Shown here: in pieces, positions 30,902 through 40,487 of the stretch
Numbering within the stretch: the first letter of the stretch is position 1
Layout: the number at the start of each line of letters is the position of its first letter
Assembly: GCA_038247415.1 (NCBI GenBank)
Contig: JBBRUX010000002.1
Coordinates: forward strand, 1-64,000
Length of the DNA stretch: 64,000 bases
Direction of reading: 5' to 3'
From: Chitinivibrionales bacterium
Lineage (GTDB): Bacteria; Fibrobacterota; Chitinivibrionia; Chitinivibrionales; WJKA01
Position numbers and translations under genes: made by a program
The notes under the pieces: generated by a model
Seen by the model: the letters and a program-made list of their open reading frames with translations, nothing else
What the model was told of the DNA's origin: nothing
The model's database searches: none

Positions 30902-32577
30902 CCTCACTTTGCAGAGATTCTTTCAATCTGTATTTGCTCTGTCTCTTTTTTTATCAACTACAACTTTGGGGATACCTTTCGATAATCCATTTGGCACGGC
31001 CCAACCAACCAATTTCATATACGTTTCTCCGTCTGGGTTGAATGCGAACGATGGCACCATCAATTCGCCCAAACAAACCATTCAGGCTGCTCTCAATAGT
31101 TGTATACCAGGTACAGCCATAATGGCAAAAACGGGAATCTATAACGAAAATATTTCTATATCGAAAAGTGGAACCGCCAGCGCTCCCATCTGGATTCTCT
31201 CGACAGATGGTATAGGTAGTGCATCCATCGTGCCATTAACTTCACAAAGTACCATTCAAGGGTATGGCATTAATTATATGATTATACAGGGATTTGCCAT
31301 TACCGCGCCGCATGCGGCAGGCGGCGATAACGATGGAATCAAAATGGCGCAGGTCACTGATGACTACTCCAAACCCAATTCACATATCGCCATTCTCGAT
31401 AACATAATCCGTAGTCCAACCGATGGATTTTGTACCATCAAGATCAGCCAAATTGATAATTTGTATATTCTGAGAAACCAACTTTTCGACTCGGAAGTCG
31501 ACATCGATTTAGTTGCCTGCCAAAAATCTGAAATTGCCTATAACTTTTGCAGCCATTCGGGAATCAATAATTCTTATGGGATTTACGAAAAGGGTGGATC
31601 ATACGACATTACTGTTCATCATAATTATGTAAATGGTTCAAAATTCGGTATATTTTTTGGTCAGTCAAGCGCTTCGTATACCTGCTGGTCCGCGTGCATG
31701 GGAAGCTAAAAACATTACCGCCCACAATAATATTACGCACGATAATGTGAGTCAGGGTTATTCTTTTCAAGCGGCTGTTGACAGTCGCCTCTACAACAGT
31801 TGTGCCTACCGGATTGGATGGAGTCCGGTAACTGCCAACAACAATGCAGTTACACAAATGTCGGATGGTACATATGTCCCGCTGCTGTATTCCGCGCGCG
31901 ATACCGTTTATAATTGCTCATTCGACAAGGCTTCATGGTTTTATGCAGACTCTTTGGACACTATGGCTGTTACTGCAACTAACATCGTTCCCCTGCGCAT
32001 GCTGACAGGAGATGCCGGCAACAATTCATGTTCGGGAGGATTTGCCATTATTTCCTCGAATGCAGGAAGAGATACCCTCAACATGGTCTCCGGAATGGGC
32101 ATAACCGAGTTTACCGATTTTTCCTTGACTAACGATGTGGTCACTTTTGCAGGCTATGGATTTGGATCCTTTGCCGATATTATGGCGGTATGTACACAGG
32201 TGGGTCCGCATGCAGTATTTAACCTTACCGACAGTAGTTCCCTTTGGATCGACAATGTCAACAAGAGCCAATTTACTGCTACTAATTTTATCATTAAAAC
32301 CACATCTCTTATCAAACGTTCGGGTTCATTAATCACGGAGCACCGTGAGCCAAGAGTAACCATCGGGAGAGAGGTTATAAAATTTACAGAGTGCAATAGT
32401 TATATGTCAAGTATTAGAATATTCAATCTTCGCGGGATGCTTTTGGCTACGGTCCCAATAATCAGCAGTGCTGCACAATGGAACCCAAACGCTTCCGCTA
32501 CACATTCGGGAGTCTATATAGCAGTATTTATGAGCAAAGACAAGAGAGAATATTCAGTGAGCCTAAGAATTCCATAG
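30891..32577 (+). pseudogene. Frameshifted secreted beta-helix protein with T9SS-like C-terminal domain
   Basis: ORF 30891-31709 (signal, YVSPSG..ANDGT..SP.QTIQAAL) continues in another frame 31633-32577 (WEAKNITAHNN ... IRIFNLRG...SGVYIAV); shift at about 31680. Confidence 0.7.
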
Positions 32578-33151
32578 CATGCATCTGAAAGGCCAAAAAC
32601 GAGATACGATAATACCATAAAAATACCAGAATAGAATCTCCGAGAAGGATTCCCCTTACCAGAAAGTAAAAGCGCCATTGTTTCACAATTGACTGCGGCA
32701 GCCCCCAAAATTCAATACGGTAAGCTGTAATGTTATCTCTTTCGAAATTGCTTGATGGCCTTAAAAAAGCATTGTTCGATTTAATCGCTTAATCTTAATG
32801 CTTCGCTTGATATCCTCGCACTATACCTTCTTTTAGAAATTATCTTAAAAAATTCTGAAACTATTTGTGCAGGTGTGAGAAATTTTGAGGGATATTTCCG
32901 GCCGTGGTACTCCAAATCAACCCTCACGATCATTAAAACATACCGCACACCAAATATCCACCCTTCTATATCCGTAAAATTTGGGATCTCTAAAGATTTA
33001 TTTCTGATCCAATACTTCGCATGGTAGCAGAGATACGAAGAATTAAACCCAAGAGATTAACGTTTAACAATTTTATTGTTTATGCATATATCAAGTGCCC
33101 TTCTGTTTTGCAAGGAGAACGATCAATCATTTAAACAAAGGTATAGATAGT

Positions 33152-35104
33152 ATGACTCAGCCCAATTCATTGGTTTACCCACCCAAACAGGCTCTTTTTG
33201 GTTCATCCTTTATAGCGTCTTCGGATCACTACACCAAGCTTTACAAAGAAAGTATCGAAAACAATAGTGCTTTCTGGGAAAAGCAAGCACGCGAGCTCAT
33301 TTATTGGCAGCACGATTTTCAATGCGTAAGTGATTGCGATTTTAGAGAAGGCCTTTCGTCTTGGTTTTTGGGAGGCAAACTCAATGTCTGCGAAAATGCT
33401 GTTGACAGACATGTAACAACCAAGGGCGATCAGGTTGCGCTTATTTGGGAAGCCGATGAGCCCGGGACAGAAAAGCGGATTACCTATAAGGAGCTCTTGC
33501 GTGAAGTATCCCGGCTTGCCAATGTTTTGAGGAATAATGATATTCGTAAAGGAGACCGCGTTGCCATCTATATGCCTATGATACCCGAAGCTGTGTACGC
33601 AATGCTTGCGTGTGCACGCATTGGAGCAGTACATTCTGTTGTATTTGCAGGGTTTAGTGCAGAATCTCTGCGCGACCGCATCAACGATTCGCATTGTAAA
33701 GCTGTTATTACTGCCGACGAAGGCGTGAGAGGGCACAAAATTATTCCACTCAAGCGTATGACCGACGAAGCGGTGATCGGGTGTCCGAGCGTTAAAGTTG
33801 TATTTGTAGCAAAGCGAACGGGTAACAAGGTTCCGTTTTATCCTCATCGGGATATTTGGTTGCAAGAAGCAATGGCTGCAGAGCGCCCTTATTGCCCAGC
33901 CGAACACATGGATTCGGAAGACACCCTTTTTCTACTTTACACATCGGGAAGCACTGGCAAGCCAAAAGGCATCGCGCATACAACCGGAGGATATGCTGTA
34001 TTTGCTGCTCTTACGCATAAATATGTTTTCGATTATAAACCGGGTGATATTTATGCGTGCGTTGCAGATATCGGTTGGGTAACCGGACACTCATATGTTG
34101 TGTATGGCCCTTTACTTAACGGAGCGACAACGGTTTTGTTCGAAAGCATCCCAACTTATCCCGATCCTGGCAGGTACTGGGAAATGGTTGACAGACTTCA
34201 AGTTACGCAATTGTATACTGCTCCAACGGCAATTAGAGCCATTCAGCGAGAGGGCGATGAATGGGTTAAAAAATATAAGCGCACTTCTTTGCGAATTTTG
34301 GGTTCGGTTGGTGAACCTATTAGCCCGGAAACCTGGCGCTGGTATCATGACGTTGTGGGAAACTCTCAATGTTCAATTGTAGATACCTATTGGCAAACCG
34401 AAACAGGCGGGATTCTTATTAGCCCCTTACCGGGAGCCACAACAACCAAACCAGGATCAGCAACATTACCGTTTTTTGGTATAGAGCCCGTCCTCCTTAA
34501 CGAAGGTGGAGAGGAAATACAAGGCAACAATGTATCGGGTCTTTTGGCACTCAAGAAGCCGTGGCCAGGAATGGCACGTACTATACAAGGAGACCATCAA
34601 CGTTTTTTTGCAACGTATTTAGAGCCTTTTAAAGGATATTATCTCACCGGCGATGGGGCACGTCGTGATGAAGACGGCTATTATTGGATTACTGGTCGCG
34701 TTGACGATGTGATAAATGTTTCAGGGCATCGTATTGGCTCTGCAGAAGTTGAAGCGGCTTTGGTTACACACTCTTCCTGTTCAGAAGCTGCGGTGATTGG
34801 ATTTCCTCACGACATTAAAGGGGAGGGGCTCTTTGCATATGTTATTCTTAAAGCCGATTACAAAGAAACCGATGCCATTGTGGGGGAACTACGCAATGAA
34901 GTTCGTCATCATATTGGGGCCTTTGCAACTCCTGACCAAATTCTTATCGTTCCCGGTTTACCCAAAACACGATCAGGCAAAATCATGCGAAGAATTTTAA
35001 GAAAAATTGCAGCGGGCGATGTTTCGGATCTGGGAGATATCAGCACTCTTGCTGATCCTGGGATTGTAGAAAAGTTGGTTGAATTGAGATCGGCTTTAAA
35101 CTAG
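33152..35104 (+). CDS. acs: Acetyl-CoA synthetase
   Basis: YTSGSTGKPKG, DTYWQTETG, GRVDDVINVSGHR and PKTRSGKIMRR motifs. Confidence 0.97.
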   Translation: MTQPNSLVYPPKQALFGSSFIASSDHYTKLYKESIENNSAFWEKQARELIYWQHDFQCVSDCDFREGLSSWFLGGKLNVCENAVDRHVTTKGDQVALIWEADEPGTEKRITYKELLREVSRLANVLRNNDIRKGDRVAIYMPMIPEAVYAMLACARIGAVHSVVFAGFSAESLRDRINDSHCKAVITADEGVRGHKIIPLKRMTDEAVIGCPSVKVVFVAKRTGNKVPFYPHRDIWLQEAMAAERPYCPAEHMDSEDTLFLLYTSGSTGKPKGIAHTTGGYAVFAALTHKYVFDYKPGDIYACVADIGWVTGHSYVVYGPLLNGATTVLFESIPTYPDPGRYWEMVDRLQVTQLYTAPTAIRAIQREGDEWVKKYKRTSLRILGSVGEPISPETWRWYHDVVGNSQCSIVDTYWQTETGGILISPLPGATTTKPGSATLPFFGIEPVLLNEGGEEIQGNNVSGLLALKKPWPGMARTIQGDHQRFFATYLEPFKGYYLTGDGARRDEDGYYWITGRVDDVINVSGHRIGSAEVEAALVTHSSCSEAAVIGFPHDIKGEGLFAYVILKADYKETDAIVGELRNEVRHHIGAFATPDQILIVPGLPKTRSGKIMRRILRKIAAGDVSDLGDISTLADPGIVEKLVELRSALN

Positions 35105-35125
35105 CTTTTATCAATATTTTATACA

Positions 35126-35157
35126 TACTATCCTGCAAGCCATCTTGTGGGATAGTA
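35126..35157 (+). terminator. Hairpin after acs (probable terminator)
   Basis: TACTATCCTGCAAG-ccat-CTTGTGGGATAGTA; weak T-tail. Confidence 0.5.
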
Positions 35158-35264
35158 CTATAAAGCTTGGGATAATTTTCTAAACCTGCAACCAGTGTAT
35201 CTCAATTTGATATATCATTCTTAATAATTGCTCTTTTTTTACGAGCAATAATAATTCTCAATAA

Positions 35265-35438
35265 AGGTACCTGCAAAACTCCCGAAGGCACTTGGACCCT
35301 TCGACATGCTCAGGGACCAATACCTCAGTGCCCGCTTTCTAATACGCTGATTTTATAAAACAGCCCTACCCTGAGTTTGGGGCCCCTGAGCTTGCCCAAG
35401 GGTGGAAGAGTACTTTTAAATGAGTTTTGCAATTACCT
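35265..35438. mobile_element. MITE-like non-autonomous element
   Basis: Terminal IRs AGGTACCTGCAAAACTC / GAGTTTTGCAATTACCT (15/17); internal IR pair 35297-35315 / 35384-35402 (16/19); no ORF. Confidence 0.55.
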
Positions 35439-35517
35439 CAGGAATACAATTATTTATTATTTCATCGTTCTTGCAAACTCCTGAACCGCAGAAGCTCCTT
35501 ATTTCTCAGATGTTTTA

Positions 35518-35533
35518 TGGCACAACTATTGCA
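35518..35533 (+). promoter_or_regulatory. Sigma54 (-24/-12) promoter
   Basis: TGGCAC-AACTA-TTGCA matches TGGCAC-N5-TTGCW, about 50 nt before the ATG. Confidence 0.7.
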
Positions 35534-35584
35534 TCTTTACATTTATTATTATTCTACTATTAATCATTTAATTTGGAGGTTTAT

Positions 35585-36346
35585 ATGATGTCTCCTGTAA
35601 AAGTGTTTCTAACGTTTACTATTTGTCTCGCTGCCTTTGTACCGTCAGCTCGTGCAGGCGAAATAGATACCTGTTCAGCTATGAAAGCAGCCATGAAACC
35701 TGATCGCCAATATGGCTATCTGAGCGTTGGTACCACATGGTTTGCAAACGATGATCTAAATGCCAAACTTAAGAGTTCAGCTTACTCTTCTTTCAAGAGC
35801 AATGCTTTAACTTTTTCCATAAGCGACCACAAAGAGTACAAACGTCTTATTTTTGAAAGTCCTCTCTCTCTCCATTTTTGGAAAGACAATGTCGATTCCG
35901 GAATAAGAACGTCTCTTTTTAGCAGTGATTTACTCTGGAACACAGGATTTAATGTGCTTCCTTCTAACCTTCCTGCGATTCTTTTTCCAGAGCTTGGGTT
36001 GGGGCTTGGCTTTAACCTTATGCGAATTAGATCTGATTCAAAAACATTGGCTACAATTCTAACCACAACAGAACCAAATTCTCTCTTGTGGCAAGGATCA
36101 TTTCTTTTCAATGTTGGAATAGGTTCGGATCTTATTGTGGCCGCTGCTGATAGAAACGCGGGGTTAACCATCGGCATTCGCGCAGGATATACTCTCGATA
36201 TTTACACTGCAAAGCATTGGTACTCAGATGGTGTGACAATTTCAGATGTACCATCGTTGCCGCATAATGGGCCTTATGTACGAGTGATCCTAGGAGGATG
36301 GGGCGAGAAGAAACCTATGAAATGTGATATGAAACCAAGCACCTAA
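35585..36346 (+). CDS. Exported protein, likely outer-membrane beta-barrel
   Basis: Signal peptide (ARA); alternating beta-strand pattern (LGLGLGFN, IGIRAGY, GPYVRVILG); SD GGAGG. Confidence 0.65.
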   Translation: MMSPVKVFLTFTICLAAFVPSARAGEIDTCSAMKAAMKPDRQYGYLSVGTTWFANDDLNAKLKSSAYSSFKSNALTFSISDHKEYKRLIFESPLSLHFWKDNVDSGIRTSLFSSDLLWNTGFNVLPSNLPAILFPELGLGLGFNLMRIRSDSKTLATILTTTEPNSLLWQGSFLFNVGIGSDLIVAAADRNAGLTIGIRAGYTLDIYTAKHWYSDGVTISDVPSLPHNGPYVRVILGGWGEKKPMKCDMKPST

Positions 36347-36378
36347 GAATCAGCTAAAGCGGTTCATTTGCAGTAAAG

Positions 36379-36412
36379 AACAGCTATTGCCTTGCTAAAG
36401 GCAGTAGCTGTT
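36379..36412. terminator. Hairpin between convergent genes
   Basis: AACAGCTATTGCCTT-gcta-AAGGCAGTAGCTGTT. Confidence 0.6.
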
Positions 36413-36494
36413 GGATGCTGATAAAAAATGTGCTCAAGTGAATCTCAATAAGGAAATTTTTATACCCTATATAAAGTATCAACCAAGAAGAAAT

Positions 36495-36776
36495 TCAACC
36501 TTGTTTTCGAGTAAGCTTGACAATATGTCTTTGTAATCTTGATTTAACATCGTATCTCCCTGATAGCGAAAAAACCTCTTGCGTTAGATCCCATACACAG
36601 GCAAATGCCTCTGATTTTGAAATCTTGACTGGTGCTTCTGTTTGCTTTGCATTATTTCTGAAAATGTGTATTTCTTTTTTATCCAGGTTCAAAAGAGCGC
36701 TCCTCTGCCCAGCATATTTTTCAAATAGATTATCTTTTTGATAGTAAGGAGTAAAATTTGGAGAGTATTGAAACAA
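36495..36776 (-). CDS. Small hypothetical protein (start uncertain)
   Basis: Open frame with plausible C-terminal 'WDLT.E.....G......RLQR' motif. Confidence 0.4.
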   Translation of the reverse strand: MFQYSPNFTPYYQKDNLFEKYAGQRSALLNLDKKEIHIFRNNAKQTEAPVKISKSEAFACVWDLTQEVFSLSGRYDVKSRLQRHIVKLTRKQG

Positions 36777-36806
36777 TGGTCAAAAATGATCTCAAGCGGT
36801 CACGTC

Positions 36807-37286
36807 TTATTCTTTAACATGCGCCTTTTTGCTCTGATTCAAAAGCACTTGGTCGGTGCGGTAGAGGCGTCGGGCGAGTTCGCGGGCGATATTGAGGACG
36901 AGGATTGAAAAGAGTTCTTTATCGGTTTTAAAAGTATCCATGAGAATTTGTTTACTAATTACAAGAATTTCGGTGGGATCGATTGCAATGACGGATGCGC
37001 TATGATTAAGGATGCCGATCATTGACACTTCGCCAAGACAATTGCCAGGGCCAAATTCTGCAACTTCAAACGGTTCGGAATCAATCCCTAAAACAACTTT
37101 TACTTTACCTTGCAAAATAACAAGAAGTTCTTTACCGGGGGTGTTTTCGCGAATTATGGTTGCACCAGCAGCATATTCAAGAATTTCACATTCGTTCGTT
37201 ATTTGGCGAAGGTTTTCGTCGGATAACCCAGCAAAAATGGTAACATTTTTGAGAATCGGAAGAAGAATTTCATTATCTATTTTCAT
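36807..37286 (-). CDS. Cyclic-nucleotide-binding domain protein
   Basis: IFAGLS, IIRENTPG, GKVKV and GEVSMI....HSASV cNMP fold. Confidence 0.88.
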   Translation of the reverse strand: MKIDNEILLPILKNVTIFAGLSDENLRQITNECEILEYAAGATIIRENTPGKELLVILQGKVKVVLGIDSEPFEVAEFGPGNCLGEVSMIGILNHSASVIAIDPTEILVISKQILMDTFKTDKELFSILVLNIARELARRLYRTDQVLLNQSKKAHVKE

Positions 37287-37408
37287 GCAATGGCATCCTT
37301 ATTAAAGCCAACCAGACGGAACAATACACAAAATCGTTGCCCGTTTTAGGATCCGATACTTATAAAATTACTGTGCTCCTGCGCACGATGCAAATAATAC
37401 CTATTCCG

Positions 37409-38740
37409 CTATCGGCGACGACGATCATTTACTCGCACAATATGCGCGCCAAGTGCATTAAGTCGTGAATCGATAGCATGATAACCCCGGTCGATTTGAC
37501 CAATATTCTGAATAATGCTTGTACCATCTGCTGCAAGAGCCGCAATGAGCAGCGCCATTCCAGCTCTGATATCCGGCGATGCCATAGTACACGCTCCAAG
37601 AGCTGTGGAGCCCGAAACAACCACCCTATGCGGATCGCACAGCACTATCTGTGCACCCATGTTGAGAAGCTTGTCAACAAAGAAAAGTCGCGCCTCGAAC
37701 ATCTTCTCGTGAATAAGGCACGTTCCCTGACATTGGGTAGCCACAACAACCATAATGGAAATGAGGTCGGCAGGAAAGCCGGGCCACGGAGCGTCATCGA
37801 TGCGAGGCATTGCATTGCCAAAATCTTTTTTAATACAAAGTTTTTGACTTGCAGGAACAAAAATGGTTTTCTGTTCGTGGTTTGTTTCTACTTCTACACC
37901 AAGTCGCTTAAATTGAAACAGGATCATGCGCATAACAGGAATGTCGATATCGGTAATGGTGAGCGCAGAACCCGTTGCGGCTGCCAAACCAATAAAGCTT
38001 CCAGCTTCGATATAATCGGAACCAATAGTATGCGTTGCTGCAACAAATGAGTTTCTGCCCTTTACACTAAGAAGATTTGAGCCAATCCCTTTAATGCTTG
38101 CACCTAGGGAAACCAAAAAATGACACAAACCTTGCACATGCGGTTCAGATGCAGCATTGGCGATCGTGGTTGTTCCCTTGGCACCGGCTGCCGCAATGAG
38201 CGCATTTTCGGTTGCGGTTACCGATGCTTCGTCAAGATATATATCGGTTCCAACAAGCCCTTTGGGTGCAGCAAGCGAAAATGAAGTTACGGGGGTTCCC
38301 TGGGTGCTTGTCGAACGACTAATTGTCAACTCTGCCCCAAGCGCACACAATGCATGAAAGTGCGTGTCGATTCTCCGTCTGCCAATAGCATCTCCACCCG
38401 GTTGATGAATGATAGCAGAACCCGTTCGGCATAAAAGCGCAGATGCAAATAATATTGATGCTCGAATTTCTGAGGCAAGCCCAACTGGTAGCACCGATGA
38501 CACGATATGTGTGGCTTGTATGGTAAGTTCGTTATTTACAATATCGGAAACCGTTGCCCCAAGCTCCGAGGCAATTAAGCACATGGCGCGCACATCCTGA
38601 ATGTCGGGAACGTTAGCAAAACAAACTGGTTCTTTAGATAGAAGTGCGGCAGCGACAAGGGGCAATGCTTCGTTTTTATTGCCCATAACACGTATTGAGC
38701 CCGATAATTTCGGTTTGCCTTCAACGGTAAAATAGCTCAT
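37409..38740 (-). CDS. murA: UDP-N-acetylglucosamine 1-carboxyvinyltransferase (Asp at the Cys115 position)
   Basis: GNKNEALP, RASIL, PGGDAIGRR, SVTATEN, PWPGFPAD, DIRAG and IDRGY motifs. Confidence 0.95.
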   Translation of the reverse strand: MSYFTVEGKPKLSGSIRVMGNKNEALPLVAAALLSKEPVCFANVPDIQDVRAMCLIASELGATVSDIVNNELTIQATHIVSSVLPVGLASEIRASILFASALLCRTGSAIIHQPGGDAIGRRRIDTHFHALCALGAELTISRSTSTQGTPVTSFSLAAPKGLVGTDIYLDEASVTATENALIAAAGAKGTTTIANAASEPHVQGLCHFLVSLGASIKGIGSNLLSVKGRNSFVAATHTIGSDYIEAGSFIGLAAATGSALTITDIDIPVMRMILFQFKRLGVEVETNHEQKTIFVPASQKLCIKKDFGNAMPRIDDAPWPGFPADLISIMVVVATQCQGTCLIHEKMFEARLFFVDKLLNMGAQIVLCDPHRVVVSGSTALGACTMASPDIRAGMALLIAALAADGTSIIQNIGQIDRGYHAIDSRLNALGAHIVRVNDRRRR

Positions 38741-38770
38741 GATTTTCCAAGGGGGTATACTGCATACAGA

Positions 38771-38799
38771 AATGGGAAGCGCACTATGCGCTTCCCATT
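38771..38799 (-). terminator. Hairpin after enolase
   Basis: AATGGGAAGCGCA-cta-TGCGCTTCCCATT, perfect 13-bp stem. Confidence 0.7.
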
Positions 38800-38820
38800 A
38801 TAAAAATAACCAATCGAAAC

Positions 38821-40341
38821 TTATTTCTTGGCAACAGCAGGGATTTTTACACCCTTTGGTATTCCCTTGAAACCAGTAACAACAGTCTTGATTCCCGCAT
38901 CATTCATTTCCTCTTCGGCGCGAATGAGTGGGTTATAGTTCTGAAGGTTGCGTTCGCCATTAGGAGCGCCAGCCTTAAACCATACGCGAGGCGATACCAT
39001 ACCGTACATAAGAGGAAGATACGGCAAAAATTCCGATGATCCTTCTGTTGATCGATGCGAGAAGAAAGCAGAAAAGCCACCCTTGGCAATATTTTCGAGC
39101 GCAGCTTCTAACGAAGCAACGCCAATTGCTTTGCAATCTGCAACGACCTTAGCAAGATCACCACGAGCATCCAAAAATGATTTGACAACCTTAGCATCTG
39201 CAACACCAAGGGTAATTTCGGAAGCTAAACGAGTTTCGGTAAACGTTCCTGCCTGGTTAAGCTTAATAAGAACGGCATTTCCTGCACGATCCTTACGATC
39301 TTTACCGCACAAAAATGGAATAACATAGCGCATTTGAGTAACTGCTAAATCGTCGAGAACAATTTGAACGCGATCACCAAAACGAGCATTCATAAGCTTA
39401 TGTGCTTCTACGTCATTTTCGGAACCAGGATCTTCCATGGTAACGAAATTTGGTGCACTATTAACAACTTTTCCATCAAAATCGATAAGTTCTTCGCGGC
39501 TTTTTTCGCCAAGACCAGAAAAGCGCATATTGTAACGACCAGCTTTAATGAGCTCTTCGCCTTTTTGAACTTCGGAAAATGCATTATCGGTTCCGATTGC
39601 GTAATCTGTTTCTTTAAGTCCAAGCTGCTGTGCACATTCTTTAATGCGGTTAAGACCTTCGAAATTATCTTTAACAGGGAAAACAAATCCACGTTCTTTG
39701 GCTGTTCCTGTTGGTAAACCATCGCGTACCAGGTTCTTTTCGAACTGGCGGAAAAACTTTGTACCTGTGGTAAAAACACCCTTCACCGATTTTTCGTTCA
39801 TAGCAAAGAAAAACATTTCCTGAATATCTTGTTTTGTTCCAGGAACATGTTCGCCACCACATACCATATTAAACGCAATATTTGGCATGTTGAATGTTTT
39901 TTGACCCTTAGCAGCAAAAATTTCCCATGCTTTGTATCCCGACGCCTTAAGCAAGGTCTGAAAAAATACTGTTGAGGAAGCAAGAGTTGCATTGCCACCC
40001 CAGATTTTCTTATTAGGACCGGCACCCTTAACCATTGCAAGGTCAAATGCTTCACATGCACGAAGAATATCGGCAGGTGATTTAATTACAACCTTTTTTG
40101 GAAGAAGCGGGATAATGTTTTTTTCTATTGACTTAATGGCTTTATCGTTATCGATATAGATTGCTTCGTTTTCGCCATCGGAGGTTCCCTTTGCAATACC
40201 GTTGCGTTCTTCGATAGTATAGCTGTCTTTTCCTGCGTCAACGCGAGCGCTCATGACACCTTCGAGTGTGAAATTTGCATAGGACGAAAGAATTTCACGT
40301 CCTTTTAAGGTAAACTTGGAAACAACTACCTCTTTAGCCAT
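38821..40341 (-). CDS. eno: Enolase (highly divergent)
   Basis: GREI, GGEH, DIQE, TMED, LDDL, LIKLNQAGT, SHRS, FKAG and YN.LIR.EE motifs; SD GGAGG before ATG 40341. Confidence 0.82.
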   Translation of the reverse strand: MAKEVVVSKFTLKGREILSSYANFTLEGVMSARVDAGKDSYTIEERNGIAKGTSDGENEAIYIDNDKAIKSIEKNIIPLLPKKVVIKSPADILRACEAFDLAMVKGAGPNKKIWGGNATLASSTVFFQTLLKASGYKAWEIFAAKGQKTFNMPNIAFNMVCGGEHVPGTKQDIQEMFFFAMNEKSVKGVFTTGTKFFRQFEKNLVRDGLPTGTAKERGFVFPVKDNFEGLNRIKECAQQLGLKETDYAIGTDNAFSEVQKGEELIKAGRYNMRFSGLGEKSREELIDFDGKVVNSAPNFVTMEDPGSENDVEAHKLMNARFGDRVQIVLDDLAVTQMRYVIPFLCGKDRKDRAGNAVLIKLNQAGTFTETRLASEITLGVADAKVVKSFLDARGDLAKVVADCKAIGVASLEAALENIAKGGFSAFFSHRSTEGSSEFLPYLPLMYGMVSPRVWFKAGAPNGERNLQNYNPLIRAEEEMNDAGIKTVVTGFKGIPKGVKIPAVAKK

Positions 40342-40420
40342 GAGAACCTCCATTGTGTGTTATAAAAAGAAACCTTGAATTATAGCCAGTTTCAAAAAAT
40401 ACATTCCGTACGGCACCATT

Positions 40421-40449
40421 AAAAAAAGGGACTCCACTGCGGAGCCCCT
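40421..40449 (-). terminator. Intrinsic terminator closing the E1/lipoyl-FabH operon
   Basis: Minus strand AGGGGCTCCGCAGTGGAGTCCC followed by TTTTTTT. Confidence 0.8.
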
Positions 40450-40487
40450 CGTTATAGTATCTAATCAGAATCGAATACATGCAAACG

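Noticed and set aside
32580..33090. Possible gene remnant in the spacer before acs
   Set aside because: Only short open stretches; no family could be recognised with confidence.
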